Assembly: GCA_035480715.1 (NCBI GenBank)
Contig: DATIHL010000007.1
Span: forward strand, 5,828 to 69,827
Direction: 5' to 3'
Length of the DNA stretch: 64,000 nt
DNA from: Candidatus Saccharimonadales bacterium
Lineage (GTDB): Bacteria; Patescibacteriota; Saccharimonadia; Saccharimonadales; UBA10212
Numbering within the stretch: the first letter of the stretch is position 1; the number at the start of each line of letters is the position of its first letter. Below are positions 35,427-45,063 of this stretch, one piece after another. The notes beneath the pieces were generated by a model. It was not told the origin of the DNA, did no database searches, and saw only the letters and a program-made list of their open reading frames with translations. Position numbers and translations under genes: made by a program.

Positions 35427-36358
35427 TTCTTCTCCGCCAATACGTGCAAGCCTTGTACCAGCAGTTCGTTAGATCCAATATCTTTAGAGGACAGTTTTTC
35501 TAACCTTCTAAGCAACCACTGCTTCACTAGCTCATCTAGGTATGATTGAGCTTTAGCCTTCGGCGCATACTTAGTCGCAATTTCGTCGAGTCGACGGAGC
35601 TCTTGGCCCAAATATTCAAAGTAATTGCCGTTGAAATCCAACTCGACAATTTCAAAGCCTAATTCTGGAAGCAACTTTTCATAAAAATAGCGGCTATAGC
35701 CATTATAAAAGTAGTAAGGAGCAAAATGGGTCAAGGAAGCAAAAGGCGTAGTTATAATGAGCTGGCCGCCGGGTTTAAGGATCCTATAAAATTCCTTTAA
35801 AGCGTCAATCGGCTTAGGGATATGTTCAAAAACCTCAACACACATTATGGCATCAAACGACTTTGACTTGACAGGGATATCAGTAATATCAGATACGATA
35901 TCCAGGCTTGAGTTATCCCAGCTGCCCATCTGCAAGCCTTTATCATCACCGGTACCGGTATACTGACCGAAATCCTGACTAACGTAATCTAAGTGCTTAC
36001 AGAAGCGTTTATACTGAAGCTCACCTGCTCCCGCATCAAGTATTCTGGAGCCTTTCGGGATTCTCTTTAGAGCCTCTTCTAACCACTCTTCGCGATAGCG
36101 CAGATTATGAGTACCGATACTTTTAGCAGGGTGTGTGTCTATCCAGTTTTCTGCCCATTCCTGCGGTTCAGGGTTTTGCTTCTCGGTTAGCCAAAGCCAT
36201 ACTTTTTCGCGGAGCCGATCCCCTAATGAGGTGGGATCGTACCATGGCTTAAGCGGCTTACCTAGTTCCTGCTTGAGAAAACGGGCTTCCCGAGCCTGCA
36301 TTAACCGCGCCTTTATAACCCTTCTGGTTTTCTTTAACGGTTCAGGTAGTTTTATCAT
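35423..36358 (-). CDS. class I SAM-dependent methyltransferase
   Basis: 311 aa with ILDAGAGELQY, DIVSDITDIPVK, IMCVEVFEHIP and ILKPGGQLIITTP. It is paralogous to the C-terminal domain of the 900-aa fusion protein. Confidence 0.8.
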   Translation of the reverse strand: MIKLPEPLKKTRRVIKARLMQAREARFLKQELGKPLKPWYDPTSLGDRLREKVWLWLTEKQNPEPQEWAENWIDTHPAKSIGTHNLRYREEWLEEALKRIPKGSRILDAGAGELQYKRFCKHLDYVSQDFGQYTGTGDDKGLQMGSWDNSSLDIVSDITDIPVKSKSFDAIMCVEVFEHIPKPIDALKEFYRILKPGGQLIITTPFASLTHFAPYYFYNGYSRYFYEKLLPELGFEIVELDFNGNYFEYLGQELRRLDEIATKYAPKAKAQSYLDELVKQWLLRRLEKLSSKDIGSNELLVQGLHVLAEKK

Positions 36359-39044
36359 AGTAAGTATCTTCCTTAACGGCAGTACAGAAGAAACAGACAG
36401 TAAAGTCTTCGATCACTCGACGCTCTTCAAAATGCCATAGCAGCAATGTCGGGATATTATATAGGAAGAACTGTAGAAAGCGCTTGATAGTTTTACCAAA
36501 CGGCTTATTCATAATAAATGGATGGGTCCGCCACAGCATTTCTGCGCAGTGTCCAAACAATCCCCCGTTGGGCTGTAAGTCTAAAATAGTAAGATCGTTT
36601 TCAGGCAAGAATTTTTCATACCAATAACGCGTAAGGCCACCATAAAAATGGTAAGGTTGCTGGTGATGGCCGCTACCCAAAGGAGCAGTAAATATCAGCC
36701 TGCCTCCGGGTTTTAAAATCCGCGCCAGTTCTTTGATAGCGGCCGGTGGGTCCGGTATATGTTCGAATACCTCGGAGCACAAAATAGCATCAAAGCTAGT
36801 GTTTTTAACCGGGATATCGGTTATGTCACTAACTATATCTATCTTGCCGTAAGCCATACCTGGGGTTTGAACTAGATCTTGGGCCACGTATTCGCAGTGG
36901 GCAAAACTGTCTTTATACGGGAGTTCGCCGGCTCCAACGTCCAGTACTTTTGTGCCCTTTGGCAATAATCGAGCTTGACGGTCTACCCAAGCCATCCGGT
37001 TTTGCCAAAGGCTGTCGGCAAGGCTATGGCAGTAAGCTGTGTCCATAGCTTTACGGGGGAGTTCGATAGCTTTTTTTAATGTTTTAAGCTTGTAGCCTAT
37101 TCTTTTAGTGTATGACGGCTTTGCATCAATGGCTACTTCGGGCCGGTACATATCAGGACGGTGTACCCAGGAATAGTTTTTCTCCCTGGTTGGTGTCCAG
37201 CGCTCATAAAATAATTTAGTGTTTCTATCCATCGTGTCTTGCCAGAATTTTTTACGCTCCTCGGTATCATAGGTGGCAACAGTTTGTGATTTATTCTCAG
37301 CATTCATTATCATGCAATAAACTTTGTAGCCGAATTTCTTCGCTCGAAGCCCGATATCCATATCATCCATATAAAACGGTGCGAATATTTCGTCCAGGTA
37401 GCCATGCTCATCTAGGAACGATTTGCGTAAGATGAGCGGCCCTCGCATACAAGCGTCAACCTCAAAAACTTTATGCCGCAACGTTGGATCGGTTTTTTCA
37501 TCTTGCCGCCAGTAAACTTCATTCTTGTCTTGGGCAATCTGGCCAGATCCTTTTAGCTTAGTGCCTAGCGGGTAATAATTTACTCCGGCCAATCCACCCA
37601 GAATAGCCGCAGTGGGATTCTTGTCGAGAAAAGTAACAGCTTCGTAGAAGGCAAAGGGGTCATATATATAAATATCATCCTGGATAATTATCCCGTACTT
37701 GCCGCTGGATTTTCTTAAGCCAATGTTATTAGTCTTAACCTCGAAGATATTCGGCGTAGCCTCAAAAGTTACAGAATAGTTATTGCGGCCTCTGTAAAAA
37801 CGGCGAGTTATTTTTTTGGTGTTATCTTTGCAGCCATCAAAGATGATATGCAACTCAGAATTACCATAGCTTTTCAGGGCTGTATCTAAGTATCCAAGCA
37901 GCTCCTCTATAGTCTTTTCTTTATTAAAGATCGGTAATACGACGCTTATCTTGGGATAAAGTTTGCCATGCATACAGCCTTCTAACAATTCTTGAAGCTG
38001 GGGCATGAAGTTTTGGTGGTATTCCTGGTAATACTCTCGAGTCTTTAATTTCAACCCGTCAAGGCTACCATTACTTAGCGCAAGGGATTTAGCGATGAGA
38101 CGTTTATTAACCACTGACCCAGTTGCCATCTCGACCAATCCCAATGGTGAATAGTCTATACCACTGTTTATGCTAAGTAGTGGGACCGCCCCGAATCGTA
38201 TAGCATCCAATACAGTTCCGGCTTGTCCCTCCTCAAGAGAGGGGTTGATGACAAAGTCGCTGCCGGACAATACCTTTTGATACTTTTCTCCTGATGAATC
38301 CAGCCAATTGTGATAGATTACCGAACCGCGAAATCTCTTGCCCAGACTCTCCAACTTCTTTTTGTAGTAATCATTCGACGGGGGACCGATTATGTTGAAC
38401 CTATACTCTGCATGCGTACGATCTAGCTCTTCAATTAATGCCAGTACGATATCAAAACCTTTCCTTAAGCCGATAGATGATGCTACATAAGTAAAAGTTC
38501 TGATACCTGAAGTCTTTTTTATCTTTCCGGGTTCACCCACCCCGTAGTTGAGCATCTTGATTTTTGAGGGGGGGATACCATGCTTGATGTAAGAACTATA
38601 AACAGCATTATTACCGACACAAAGTATGTAATCAGCCTTCTCCAGACTCTCTATTATGGGTTGCTCACTTTGCAGATCATCTTCTGCAAAGGCTTCTTTT
38701 GGAAGTCGCTCTAGGTCAGCAAAACGGCTGAGAAGTTCATTCCTTTCCGTAGGGTGCATATTGACAGCGAATAGGACTTTTTTACCTACGTTGTCGCAGG
38801 AACCGGCAATATTAGTAAAATTACTATTAATGCCGACAAACAGATCGAAAGACTTCCTGCCTAGAGAGTGGTTTTCCCAGGCATCAACATAGGTCACCTC
38901 GCCCATAAAGCTAAGGATTTCATACAGGCTTCGTGCTAGTATGTTAGCCGAGGAGTCCCAGTACTTGTGTTGCTCAGGTTTCTTTGTCGGATCAAAATGA
39001 AGCTTGCTGTACGAGAGCAGAATTTTCACGTTTCGAAACTCCAC
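36342..39044 (-). CDS. trifunctional fusion: GT4-like, GT2 and SAM-methyltransferase domains
   Basis: 900 aa. The N-terminal third is GT-B-like (..INPSLEEGQAGTVLDAIRFGAVPL). The middle is GT-A (ISVVLPIFNKE..IIFDGCKD..IIQDDIY). The C-terminus is a methyltransferase (VLDVGAGELPY, DIVSDITDIPVK, ILCSEVFEHIPDP, ILKPGGRLIFTAP). Confidence 0.8.
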   Translation of the reverse strand: MEFRNVKILLSYSKLHFDPTKKPEQHKYWDSSANILARSLYEILSFMGEVTYVDAWENHSLGRKSFDLFVGINSNFTNIAGSCDNVGKKVLFAVNMHPTERNELLSRFADLERLPKEAFAEDDLQSEQPIIESLEKADYILCVGNNAVYSSYIKHGIPPSKIKMLNYGVGEPGKIKKTSGIRTFTYVASSIGLRKGFDIVLALIEELDRTHAEYRFNIIGPPSNDYYKKKLESLGKRFRGSVIYHNWLDSSGEKYQKVLSGSDFVINPSLEEGQAGTVLDAIRFGAVPLLSINSGIDYSPLGLVEMATGSVVNKRLIAKSLALSNGSLDGLKLKTREYYQEYHQNFMPQLQELLEGCMHGKLYPKISVVLPIFNKEKTIEELLGYLDTALKSYGNSELHIIFDGCKDNTKKITRRFYRGRNNYSVTFEATPNIFEVKTNNIGLRKSSGKYGIIIQDDIYIYDPFAFYEAVTFLDKNPTAAILGGLAGVNYYPLGTKLKGSGQIAQDKNEVYWRQDEKTDPTLRHKVFEVDACMRGPLILRKSFLDEHGYLDEIFAPFYMDDMDIGLRAKKFGYKVYCMIMNAENKSQTVATYDTEERKKFWQDTMDRNTKLFYERWTPTREKNYSWVHRPDMYRPEVAIDAKPSYTKRIGYKLKTLKKAIELPRKAMDTAYCHSLADSLWQNRMAWVDRQARLLPKGTKVLDVGAGELPYKDSFAHCEYVAQDLVQTPGMAYGKIDIVSDITDIPVKNTSFDAILCSEVFEHIPDPPAAIKELARILKPGGRLIFTAPLGSGHHQQPYHFYGGLTRYWYEKFLPENDLTILDLQPNGGLFGHCAEMLWRTHPFIMNKPFGKTIKRFLQFFLYNIPTLLLWHFEERRVIEDFTVCFFCTAVKEDTYYDKTT

Positions 39045-40270
39045 TCAGACTCAATCATAATATGAGAGGGGAACGAATTCAGGGTTGTGCGCAGGGCAAA
39101 AGAGGGAGTGGGTGCCACCCAAAAAGCGCCCACATCCTGGTCGTTTACGCAGTGATCTTCGCCTATCCAAAAATTAGTTTCTAGCGTATAGAAATCCGGG
39201 GAAAGTTTTGGAACTAATAACTTAGCTTTAACGTGCCCGCTCTTAGCCATCGTGTGTTTGACGTCCTCTAGGTGGCTGTGCGTAAAGACAATCATACTGT
39301 TATCGCGTTTGTTACGGACAGCGAATCCCACGCATAGATCGTAGGGCTTCGCTTCCCTATTGGTATAGTCCAGAGTAACCTCAAGCGCATCACCGGAAAA
39401 TATTTCAGGTTGGGTTTCCATCTCCAGGCCATTTAACTGGAAATTGGTAAATTCCACCCCGGGGTAATCCTTAGGCTTAAAGACTATCTTGCCTTTATGG
39501 CGTATAGCCGTGCTGGCTTGGTACGCCGTAAGTGAATCGTTGATGTCTTCATAAAAAGTCCCGGCTCCTTTGTTAAGGAACAGGCCCTTGGTGCATAGGT
39601 CGCGGATAGCCCCCATGTTGTGGCTGACGAATAAGATGGTTCTGCCTTCACGCGCAATTTCTTCCATGCGGTCGAGGCATTTTTTTTGAAATGGAGCATC
39701 ACCAACCGCCAGGACCTCGTCAACAATCAATATCTCCGGGTCAAGCTGGGCAGCGACTGCAAAGGCTAAACGGACATACATGCCCGATGAGTAAAACTTC
39801 ACCGGTGTATCCAAAAACTGCTCGATTTCAGAAAATGCTACAATGTCATCGAACTTGTGCTTGATCTCCTTTTGGCTCATCCCCAAGATTGAGCCATTCA
39901 AAAAGATGTTTTCCCTACCGGTGAGCTCCGGATGAAATCCGGTTCCTACCTCTAATAAACTAGCCACACGCTTGCGCATTATAGCCCGGCCTTCGGTAGG
40001 GTCGACGATGCGCGTCAATATCTTAAGCAAAGTCGACTTACCCGAGCCATTGCGCCCGACTATACCTAATATATCCCCCTCGTTGAGGCTGAAGCTGATA
40101 TCACGAAGAGCCCAAAAATCCTCTTTTTTTTCGGTGCGGCCAAGCATAGCTCTAACCGGTCGCTTAAAAGTTCCCAGTATCTCGTCTTTCAGGGTTTGAT
40201 TCTTGCCCTGGTTATGGGCAATCTGATAGCGCTTGGAGATCCCATTGACTTCAATGACCGGCTGGCTCAT
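39026..40270 (-). CDS. wzt: polysaccharide ABC-transporter ATP-binding protein Wzt/TagH type with a C-terminal glycan-binding-like extension
   Basis: 414 aa with Walker A GRNGSGKSTLLK, signature YSSGMYVRLAFA and Walker B ILIVDEVL. About 165 extra beta-rich C-terminal residues follow, as in Wzt proteins that read a terminal modification. Confidence 0.88.
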   Translation of the reverse strand: MSQPVIEVNGISKRYQIAHNQGKNQTLKDEILGTFKRPVRAMLGRTEKKEDFWALRDISFSLNEGDILGIVGRNGSGKSTLLKILTRIVDPTEGRAIMRKRVASLLEVGTGFHPELTGRENIFLNGSILGMSQKEIKHKFDDIVAFSEIEQFLDTPVKFYSSGMYVRLAFAVAAQLDPEILIVDEVLAVGDAPFQKKCLDRMEEIAREGRTILFVSHNMGAIRDLCTKGLFLNKGAGTFYEDINDSLTAYQASTAIRHKGKIVFKPKDYPGVEFTNFQLNGLEMETQPEIFSGDALEVTLDYTNREAKPYDLCVGFAVRNKRDNSMIVFTHSHLEDVKHTMAKSGHVKAKLLVPKLSPDFYTLETNFWIGEDHCVNDQDVGAFWVAPTPSFALRTTLNSFPSHIMIESEWSFET

Positions 40271-41094
40271 ATAATATCCGCAAACTTTCTTTCAGCTCGC
40301 CCAAAGAAAAGGACTCCAAGAAACAATAATCCTAATGCGACCAAACTTGATATACCGATGCCTGCCCAATTGATAGCGCCATAATGTAATAAGCTGGCAC
40401 GCATGGTATTAATTACGCTAGCCATAGGATTTAGGCTTAGTAACCACTGGTACTTATGGGGGATCAGGCTAACGGGATAAATAATCGGCGTTAAAAATAA
40501 GCCAATCTGGATTACGAAAGGCACAGCTGCCCGAATGTCGCGATAGCGAACATTGAGAGCGGCGAATATACAACCCAAACCCAAGGCTGTTATGAGCGAT
40601 AGAAGCAGCATAGGTCCTAGTAGGAGCAAACCAGCTACTCCAGGTACGATATGATAATAAACCATCAGACCAGCGAACACCAAGCCAGCGAAGAAAAAGT
40701 CAACCAGCCCCAATAATGTTCCAGCTATCGGCAACATAATACGCGGGAAGTAAACTTTAGTCACAATGCCTTGATTAGAAAGCAGGCTATTACTGACCTG
40801 AGTAAGTGACCCCGAAAAATAACCCCAAAAAAGTAATCCGGCAAAAGAAAATATGGGGTAGGGGATGCCGGAGACTTTTATGCCGGCTACTTTGTTGAAA
40901 AAGAGAGTAAAGATGACCATGGTTACAAGCGGCTGGATAATAGCCCAGCTGGCGCCGATTAGCGTTTGTTTATAGCGGACCTTGATATCACGCCAGGTCA
41001 AAAAATAGAATAGTTCCCGCGCCCGCCAAATTTCGCGAAAGTGAACTCCGACAAACTTCTGTGGCTTAATGACAATCTCGTTAGAGCGTGCCAT
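40267..41094 (-). CDS. wzm: polysaccharide ABC-transporter permease (ABC-2 / Wzm type)
   Basis: 275 aa with 6 TM helices. The family opening LTWRDIKVRYKQTLIGASWAIIQP is present. It overlaps wzt by 4 nt. Confidence 0.88.
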   Translation of the reverse strand: MARSNEIVIKPQKFVGVHFREIWRARELFYFLTWRDIKVRYKQTLIGASWAIIQPLVTMVIFTLFFNKVAGIKVSGIPYPIFSFAGLLFWGYFSGSLTQVSNSLLSNQGIVTKVYFPRIMLPIAGTLLGLVDFFFAGLVFAGLMVYYHIVPGVAGLLLLGPMLLLSLITALGLGCIFAALNVRYRDIRAAVPFVIQIGLFLTPIIYPVSLIPHKYQWLLSLNPMASVINTMRASLLHYGAINWAGIGISSLVALGLLFLGVLFFGRAERKFADII

Positions 41095-42157
41095 GCTGTG
41101 CCTCCTTTTTGTACCATTCGATCGTCCTAGCTACGCCCGTCTTGAGCTCAATCGTGTGTTTCCAGCCGATAGCATTTAACTTACTAACATCCAACAATTT
41201 GTGCATTGTGCCGTCTGGCTTGCTGTGGTCAAATTCAATCCGGCCCTTAAAGCCAATCATGTCTTTAATCATCACTGCTAGGTTCTTGATGGTAATGTCG
41301 TTGCCTGTGCCGATGTTAATATGGGTATTGCGAATCTCATTACCTTTAACTAAATCTTTAAAAGTAACCTTATTCATTACAAAAACGCAGGCTTCGGCCA
41401 TATCATCAACATGTAAAAATTCACGGTAGGGCTTGCCAGTTCCCCAGACTTTAAGAATTACCGTGTCGCCTTTGGCCTCGATGCCATATTTTGATAACGA
41501 TCGCCTAATTTGCGCCTCTGAACTGTCGCTGACGGCTAAGTCTTTAGCAATGTTTTGGAAGTCTTTGGCCTCAAGCATCTTGCATAGAAGAGTTTTCCGG
41601 ATTAAAGCCGGCAAAACGTGGGATTTCTCTAAGTCAAAACTATCATTATAGCCGTATAAGTTAGTCGGCATTACAGACAGGTAGCTAGTGCCATACTGGA
41701 TATTGAAACTTTCTATAGTCTTAATACCGGCAATTTTAGCGATGGCATATGGTTCATTGGTATATTCCAGCGGCCCAGTCAGTAGGGCATCTTCACTAAT
41801 TGGCTGCGGCGCCTCTTTTGGATAAATGCAGCTGCTGCCTAAAAAAAGCAGTTTTTTAACACCGTTTTGGTAGCTTGCCCCAATAACGTTATTTTGGATT
41901 AATAAATTATCGTAAATAAAATCAGCGCGGTATATATTGTTAGCCATAATTCCGCCAACTTTAGCTGCTGCTAAGAATACGTATTCTGGTTTATATTCTT
42001 TGAAAAAGCTCTGTGTGGTCAACTGGTCCCTTAGGTTCAGTTCTTTAGAATTCTTGGTAATAAGGTTTGTATAGCCCTGTGTTTTAAGGAACCTATGAAT
42101 AGCACTGCCCACTAATCCTGTGTGCCCGGCTATATATATTCTGCTGCTTTTATCCAT
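41081..42157 (-). CDS. fcl: GDP-L-fucose synthase (GDP-4-keto-6-deoxymannose 3,5-epimerase/4-reductase), long form
   Basis: The start is taken at MDKSSRIYIAGHTGLVGSAI (ATG 42157). GSSCIYPK and REFLHVDDMA are present. A segment of ~35 aa is extra relative to the E. coli-type enzyme. Confidence 0.88.
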   Translation of the reverse strand: MDKSSRIYIAGHTGLVGSAIHRFLKTQGYTNLITKNSKELNLRDQLTTQSFFKEYKPEYVFLAAAKVGGIMANNIYRADFIYDNLLIQNNVIGASYQNGVKKLLFLGSSCIYPKEAPQPISEDALLTGPLEYTNEPYAIAKIAGIKTIESFNIQYGTSYLSVMPTNLYGYNDSFDLEKSHVLPALIRKTLLCKMLEAKDFQNIAKDLAVSDSSEAQIRRSLSKYGIEAKGDTVILKVWGTGKPYREFLHVDDMAEACVFVMNKVTFKDLVKGNEIRNTHINIGTGNDITIKNLAVMIKDMIGFKGRIEFDHSKPDGTMHKLLDVSKLNAIGWKHTIELKTGVARTIEWYKKEAQHGTL

Positions 42158-42257
42158 AAATACTCCCAGGCTCAACTTGAATTTTGGGTAATTCGAAGAA
42201 CATAAATACAAGAGTTAGTATAGCATACCCTAATCTGTTATTGGCTGTCTGTAGAAC

Positions 42258-42998
42258 CTAAAGCTGGCCTGTAGAGAATACTTTTTTGTACCAACTTGTT
42301 ACTAGATTGAATGTTTTGGGCTTTTCGACCCAGTCTTCTATGAACAAACTTTCTGGATTTTCTAATTCGTCTTGGGGGAGCCCCAGTTTAGAGACTAGGT
42401 CGTTTCTGACAAAAATCATATTTCCAGTGTGGCAGACTAATGCGTAGCTTTTTTGTTGGCCAAGCTTGAGCATAGAAGTAAAACTCGCACCTGACAGTTC
42501 ACCGCTAGCTGCCAATTCTTCATAAGTAATACCGTTGGGTTGAACATATTCTTGGCTTAGCGGGATGCCGCTGTTGATTTCGATTACAACAACTCTTGGC
42601 TGATAATTCTTGAAGGCCTGCCATATCCACCAGTCGTACGAATCCGTATCAATACTTAAAAGGTCAAATTCCTTTGGCAGGGGAGTTTTCTTTAGTAGAT
42701 TATCTAAACTATTTTTTCCGCTCGTGCCAACAAATGCCTTGATAGTGTTCAATTTGTTAGGAAAGTCTGTCGATGCTTGTTGGAGATCCTTATATCGATC
42801 ACTATCCCCCTCGATATCCACACCATGCCAGTCGTCTTCCAGTAGTGCATAGGTATTACTCATATGCTTGGCATCCCACGCACCGAACTCCACAAACCAC
42901 CCCTTTTTTATATTAAGGCGCTCAAATATTTCTGCTAAGATGCCATCTTCGCCATTTTGGCTGTAGCGGTTTTTGGCGTATTTATAGAGTGTTTTCAT
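42258..42998 (-). CDS. hypothetical protein, possibly an FkbM-like methyltransferase
   Basis: 246 aa. The N-terminal YSQNGEDGILAEIF....GWFVEFGAWDAKHMSNTYALLE resembles the FkbM-type opening. This is weak pattern evidence only. Confidence 0.4.
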   Translation of the reverse strand: MKTLYKYAKNRYSQNGEDGILAEIFERLNIKKGWFVEFGAWDAKHMSNTYALLEDDWHGVDIEGDSDRYKDLQQASTDFPNKLNTIKAFVGTSGKNSLDNLLKKTPLPKEFDLLSIDTDSYDWWIWQAFKNYQPRVVVIEINSGIPLSQEYVQPNGITYEELAASGELSGASFTSMLKLGQQKSYALVCHTGNMIFVRNDLVSKLGLPQDELENPESLFIEDWVEKPKTFNLVTSWYKKVFSTGQL

Positions 42999-43050
42999 TT
43001 CCCCAAGTACATACTAGGATATCAGCTTATGCTTTTGTTGCCAAATCTTG

Positions 43051-45063
43051 CTACTGAACTCTAATGTCGAACTCGAGCCATGGGTCAACCATCCAACTGA
43101 TACCGTCCATAGATAGGTTAAAGCGCTCGACGTAAAAGCCGGGTGTTGATGGCGCTTTGACGTTAAATACAAAAGTGCCATTACCGCCGGGCGCCACAGA
43201 AGCTTCTTGCAGGACTGCTGGTCGTGCGGGATTTGTCCAGCCGTTGTTAAAAACGCTTGATCGATTTGGCAGGTTCCAGGTGCCTAGTCTTACTGGGTTA
43301 CTGCTATTACTCCAAGTAGTATTGCCGGTGTTTTTGGCAACCAGCGTAAACTGGGCAGTTTGGCCGGTCGTCAAACTGAAACCTTGATCTGAAGACTGGG
43401 ATACCATCTGCCAAGTGAGCACTCGTTTAACGTTAATATCAAATTCCATGCCAGGGTCTTCAAACCACGAGACTCCTTCCATAGCTAGATTAAAGTGCTC
43501 CGTATAAAAACCTTCTTTCTGCGGCGCATTAACCGTGAAAACAAAGGTTCCGTTACTGCCTGGTGATACTGATGCCTCCTGAAGAAGGGCGGGGCGGATT
43601 GGTAGAATCCAACTTGAGTCATAAAAGGCGCTAGAACGATTAGTTGGCAGCCAGCTTGCTAGGCGCACGGGGTTTGCTCCGCTGTTGGACCAGCTTACAT
43701 TTCCGGTGTTTTTGGCAACCAGCGTAAACTGGGCAGTTTGGCCTGGAAGCAACAAAAAGCTGCTAGTGTTTGATGATTGCGAAACCATACTCCAACGGTA
43801 GTAGCTCGGGCTAATTACCAAATGTAATTGGTAGCCATTGCCATGGAACCAGGTAGCACCTTCGGCTACTAAATTAAAGGATTCATCATAAGAGCCGTCT
43901 CGGTTAGGCGGATTAATCTTAAAGCTAAAGTGGCCTAAATTGCCAGGCAGTACGCTGTTTTCGGTCATAGCAGCCGGTCTATGGTGATTGAGCCAACTTG
44001 AGTCGTAGAGTGCACTGTCATGGTCGGTTGGCAACCAAGTACCAATATCTACGGGGAAGTTAGTGCTCGACCAAGACTGGTTGCCGGTATTGCGCACGGT
44101 AATTGTAATAGTAGCCTGTTGATTACCTTGAACCTGCGAAGAGCCAGTCGATACGGAGATGTCTTCTAAGCCCCAATCATAATCGTAACCTTTGGTCGGG
44201 CCAAACCATGACTCAAACAGATTGACAAAGTTTTGGTTGCCAGCAAAGTGCGGCGTATACCAATAAAGCGCTGCTGTTGGGCCAGTGTCCATATGGGTAC
44301 TAGAACCGTCTATGGTCACATAGCCATCATAGTAGGTGGCGGTTGAATCGCTAGTACAACGTTTGTGGTAGCCTTGAGTCATTGGGCCACCGTAACAGGT
44401 CTGCGGATCGTCAGAATTGTCCCAACTACCTTTTATGATCGCCCAGCCGGTATTGCCTTCTGATCTTTGCTCACCAAATTTAAGCAACCAAGCCGCTCTT
44501 ATAACTTGTTGCGAGAAACCGGCTTTTGAAACATTATTCACACAGGTACCCGAGACAGAATTAACCGGTGTTCCATTGATTGCATAAAGTGCTGGGTTCA
44601 TATTGCTGTAGCTATATGTAGTACCGCCGTCGGGGCAGCCATAGCCGGTAGCTGCTGTATAGCGTAGAACACTGCATCCGGCATCACCGGCAACAAGGCT
44701 TTCCTCTTTTTGCAAAGTGACTATTAATACCCGTGGGTTTATTTCGTAAGCCTGAGCGGCGGCGTATATTACAGCGCCGGCTGAACCGTAGCCGCCGTAA
44801 GTATAGCCAGTTGAAGGGGAGTAGCCACTTGGAACAGCTGCCGTAAAGCCGTGGTTAGTACTTATGCAGCTGTTGGGAAAATTGGTATTTAGCCAGGAGT
44901 CTATCTGGCTGGCATTCATAGTATTGTAATTGTCCATTACGCCGTCATCCATTAGCCGGTTAGCGGTAAAGCTGGCTCCGGAATGATTAGGTATGATTAA
45001 AATCGCTGTAATCGCTGCAACTATCAAGAAGGGAATTAACAAAAGAAATCTTACGGTTCTCAT
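43051..45063 (-). CDS. secreted protein: N-terminal putative glycan-hydrolase-like domain plus three tandem ~126-aa Ig-like (NBR1-type) repeats
   Basis: 670 aa with a signal anchor. The N-domain contains YEINPRVLIVTLQKEESLV. Three repeats each carry ..(T/V)AKNTGN.(S/T)WS...NPVRL.(T/S)W......S.(F/L)Y(D/N)..W....RPA.L.E..V.PG..G.F.F....P...G.Y.E.FNL..(E/D)G..W(F/M).. Confidence 0.7.
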   Translation of the reverse strand: MRTVRFLLLIPFLIVAAITAILIIPNHSGASFTANRLMDDGVMDNYNTMNASQIDSWLNTNFPNSCISTNHGFTAAVPSGYSPSTGYTYGGYGSAGAVIYAAAQAYEINPRVLIVTLQKEESLVAGDAGCSVLRYTAATGYGCPDGGTTYSYSNMNPALYAINGTPVNSVSGTCVNNVSKAGFSQQVIRAAWLLKFGEQRSEGNTGWAIIKGSWDNSDDPQTCYGGPMTQGYHKRCTSDSTATYYDGYVTIDGSSTHMDTGPTAALYWYTPHFAGNQNFVNLFESWFGPTKGYDYDWGLEDISVSTGSSQVQGNQQATITITVRNTGNQSWSSTNFPVDIGTWLPTDHDSALYDSSWLNHHRPAAMTENSVLPGNLGHFSFKINPPNRDGSYDESFNLVAEGATWFHGNGYQLHLVISPSYYRWSMVSQSSNTSSFLLLPGQTAQFTLVAKNTGNVSWSNSGANPVRLASWLPTNRSSAFYDSSWILPIRPALLQEASVSPGSNGTFVFTVNAPQKEGFYTEHFNLAMEGVSWFEDPGMEFDINVKRVLTWQMVSQSSDQGFSLTTGQTAQFTLVAKNTGNTTWSNSSNPVRLGTWNLPNRSSVFNNGWTNPARPAVLQEASVAPGGNGTFVFNVKAPSTPGFYVERFNLSMDGISWMVDPWLEFDIRVQ
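43325..43743. repeat. intragenic tandem repeat (378-bp period) with identical 41-bp cores
   Basis: CCGGTGTTTTTGGCAACCAGCGTAAACTGGGCAGTTTGGCC occurs at 43325-43365 and again at 43703-43743. It encodes GQTAQFTLVAKNTGN on the minus strand. Confidence 0.9.

Noticed and set aside
41081-42157. ~35-aa insertion in Fcl relative to the E. coli enzyme as a possible novelty
   Set aside because: Long-form GDP-fucose synthases of about 350-360 aa with an insertion at this position are known in other phyla, so this is probably an ordinary subfamily feature.
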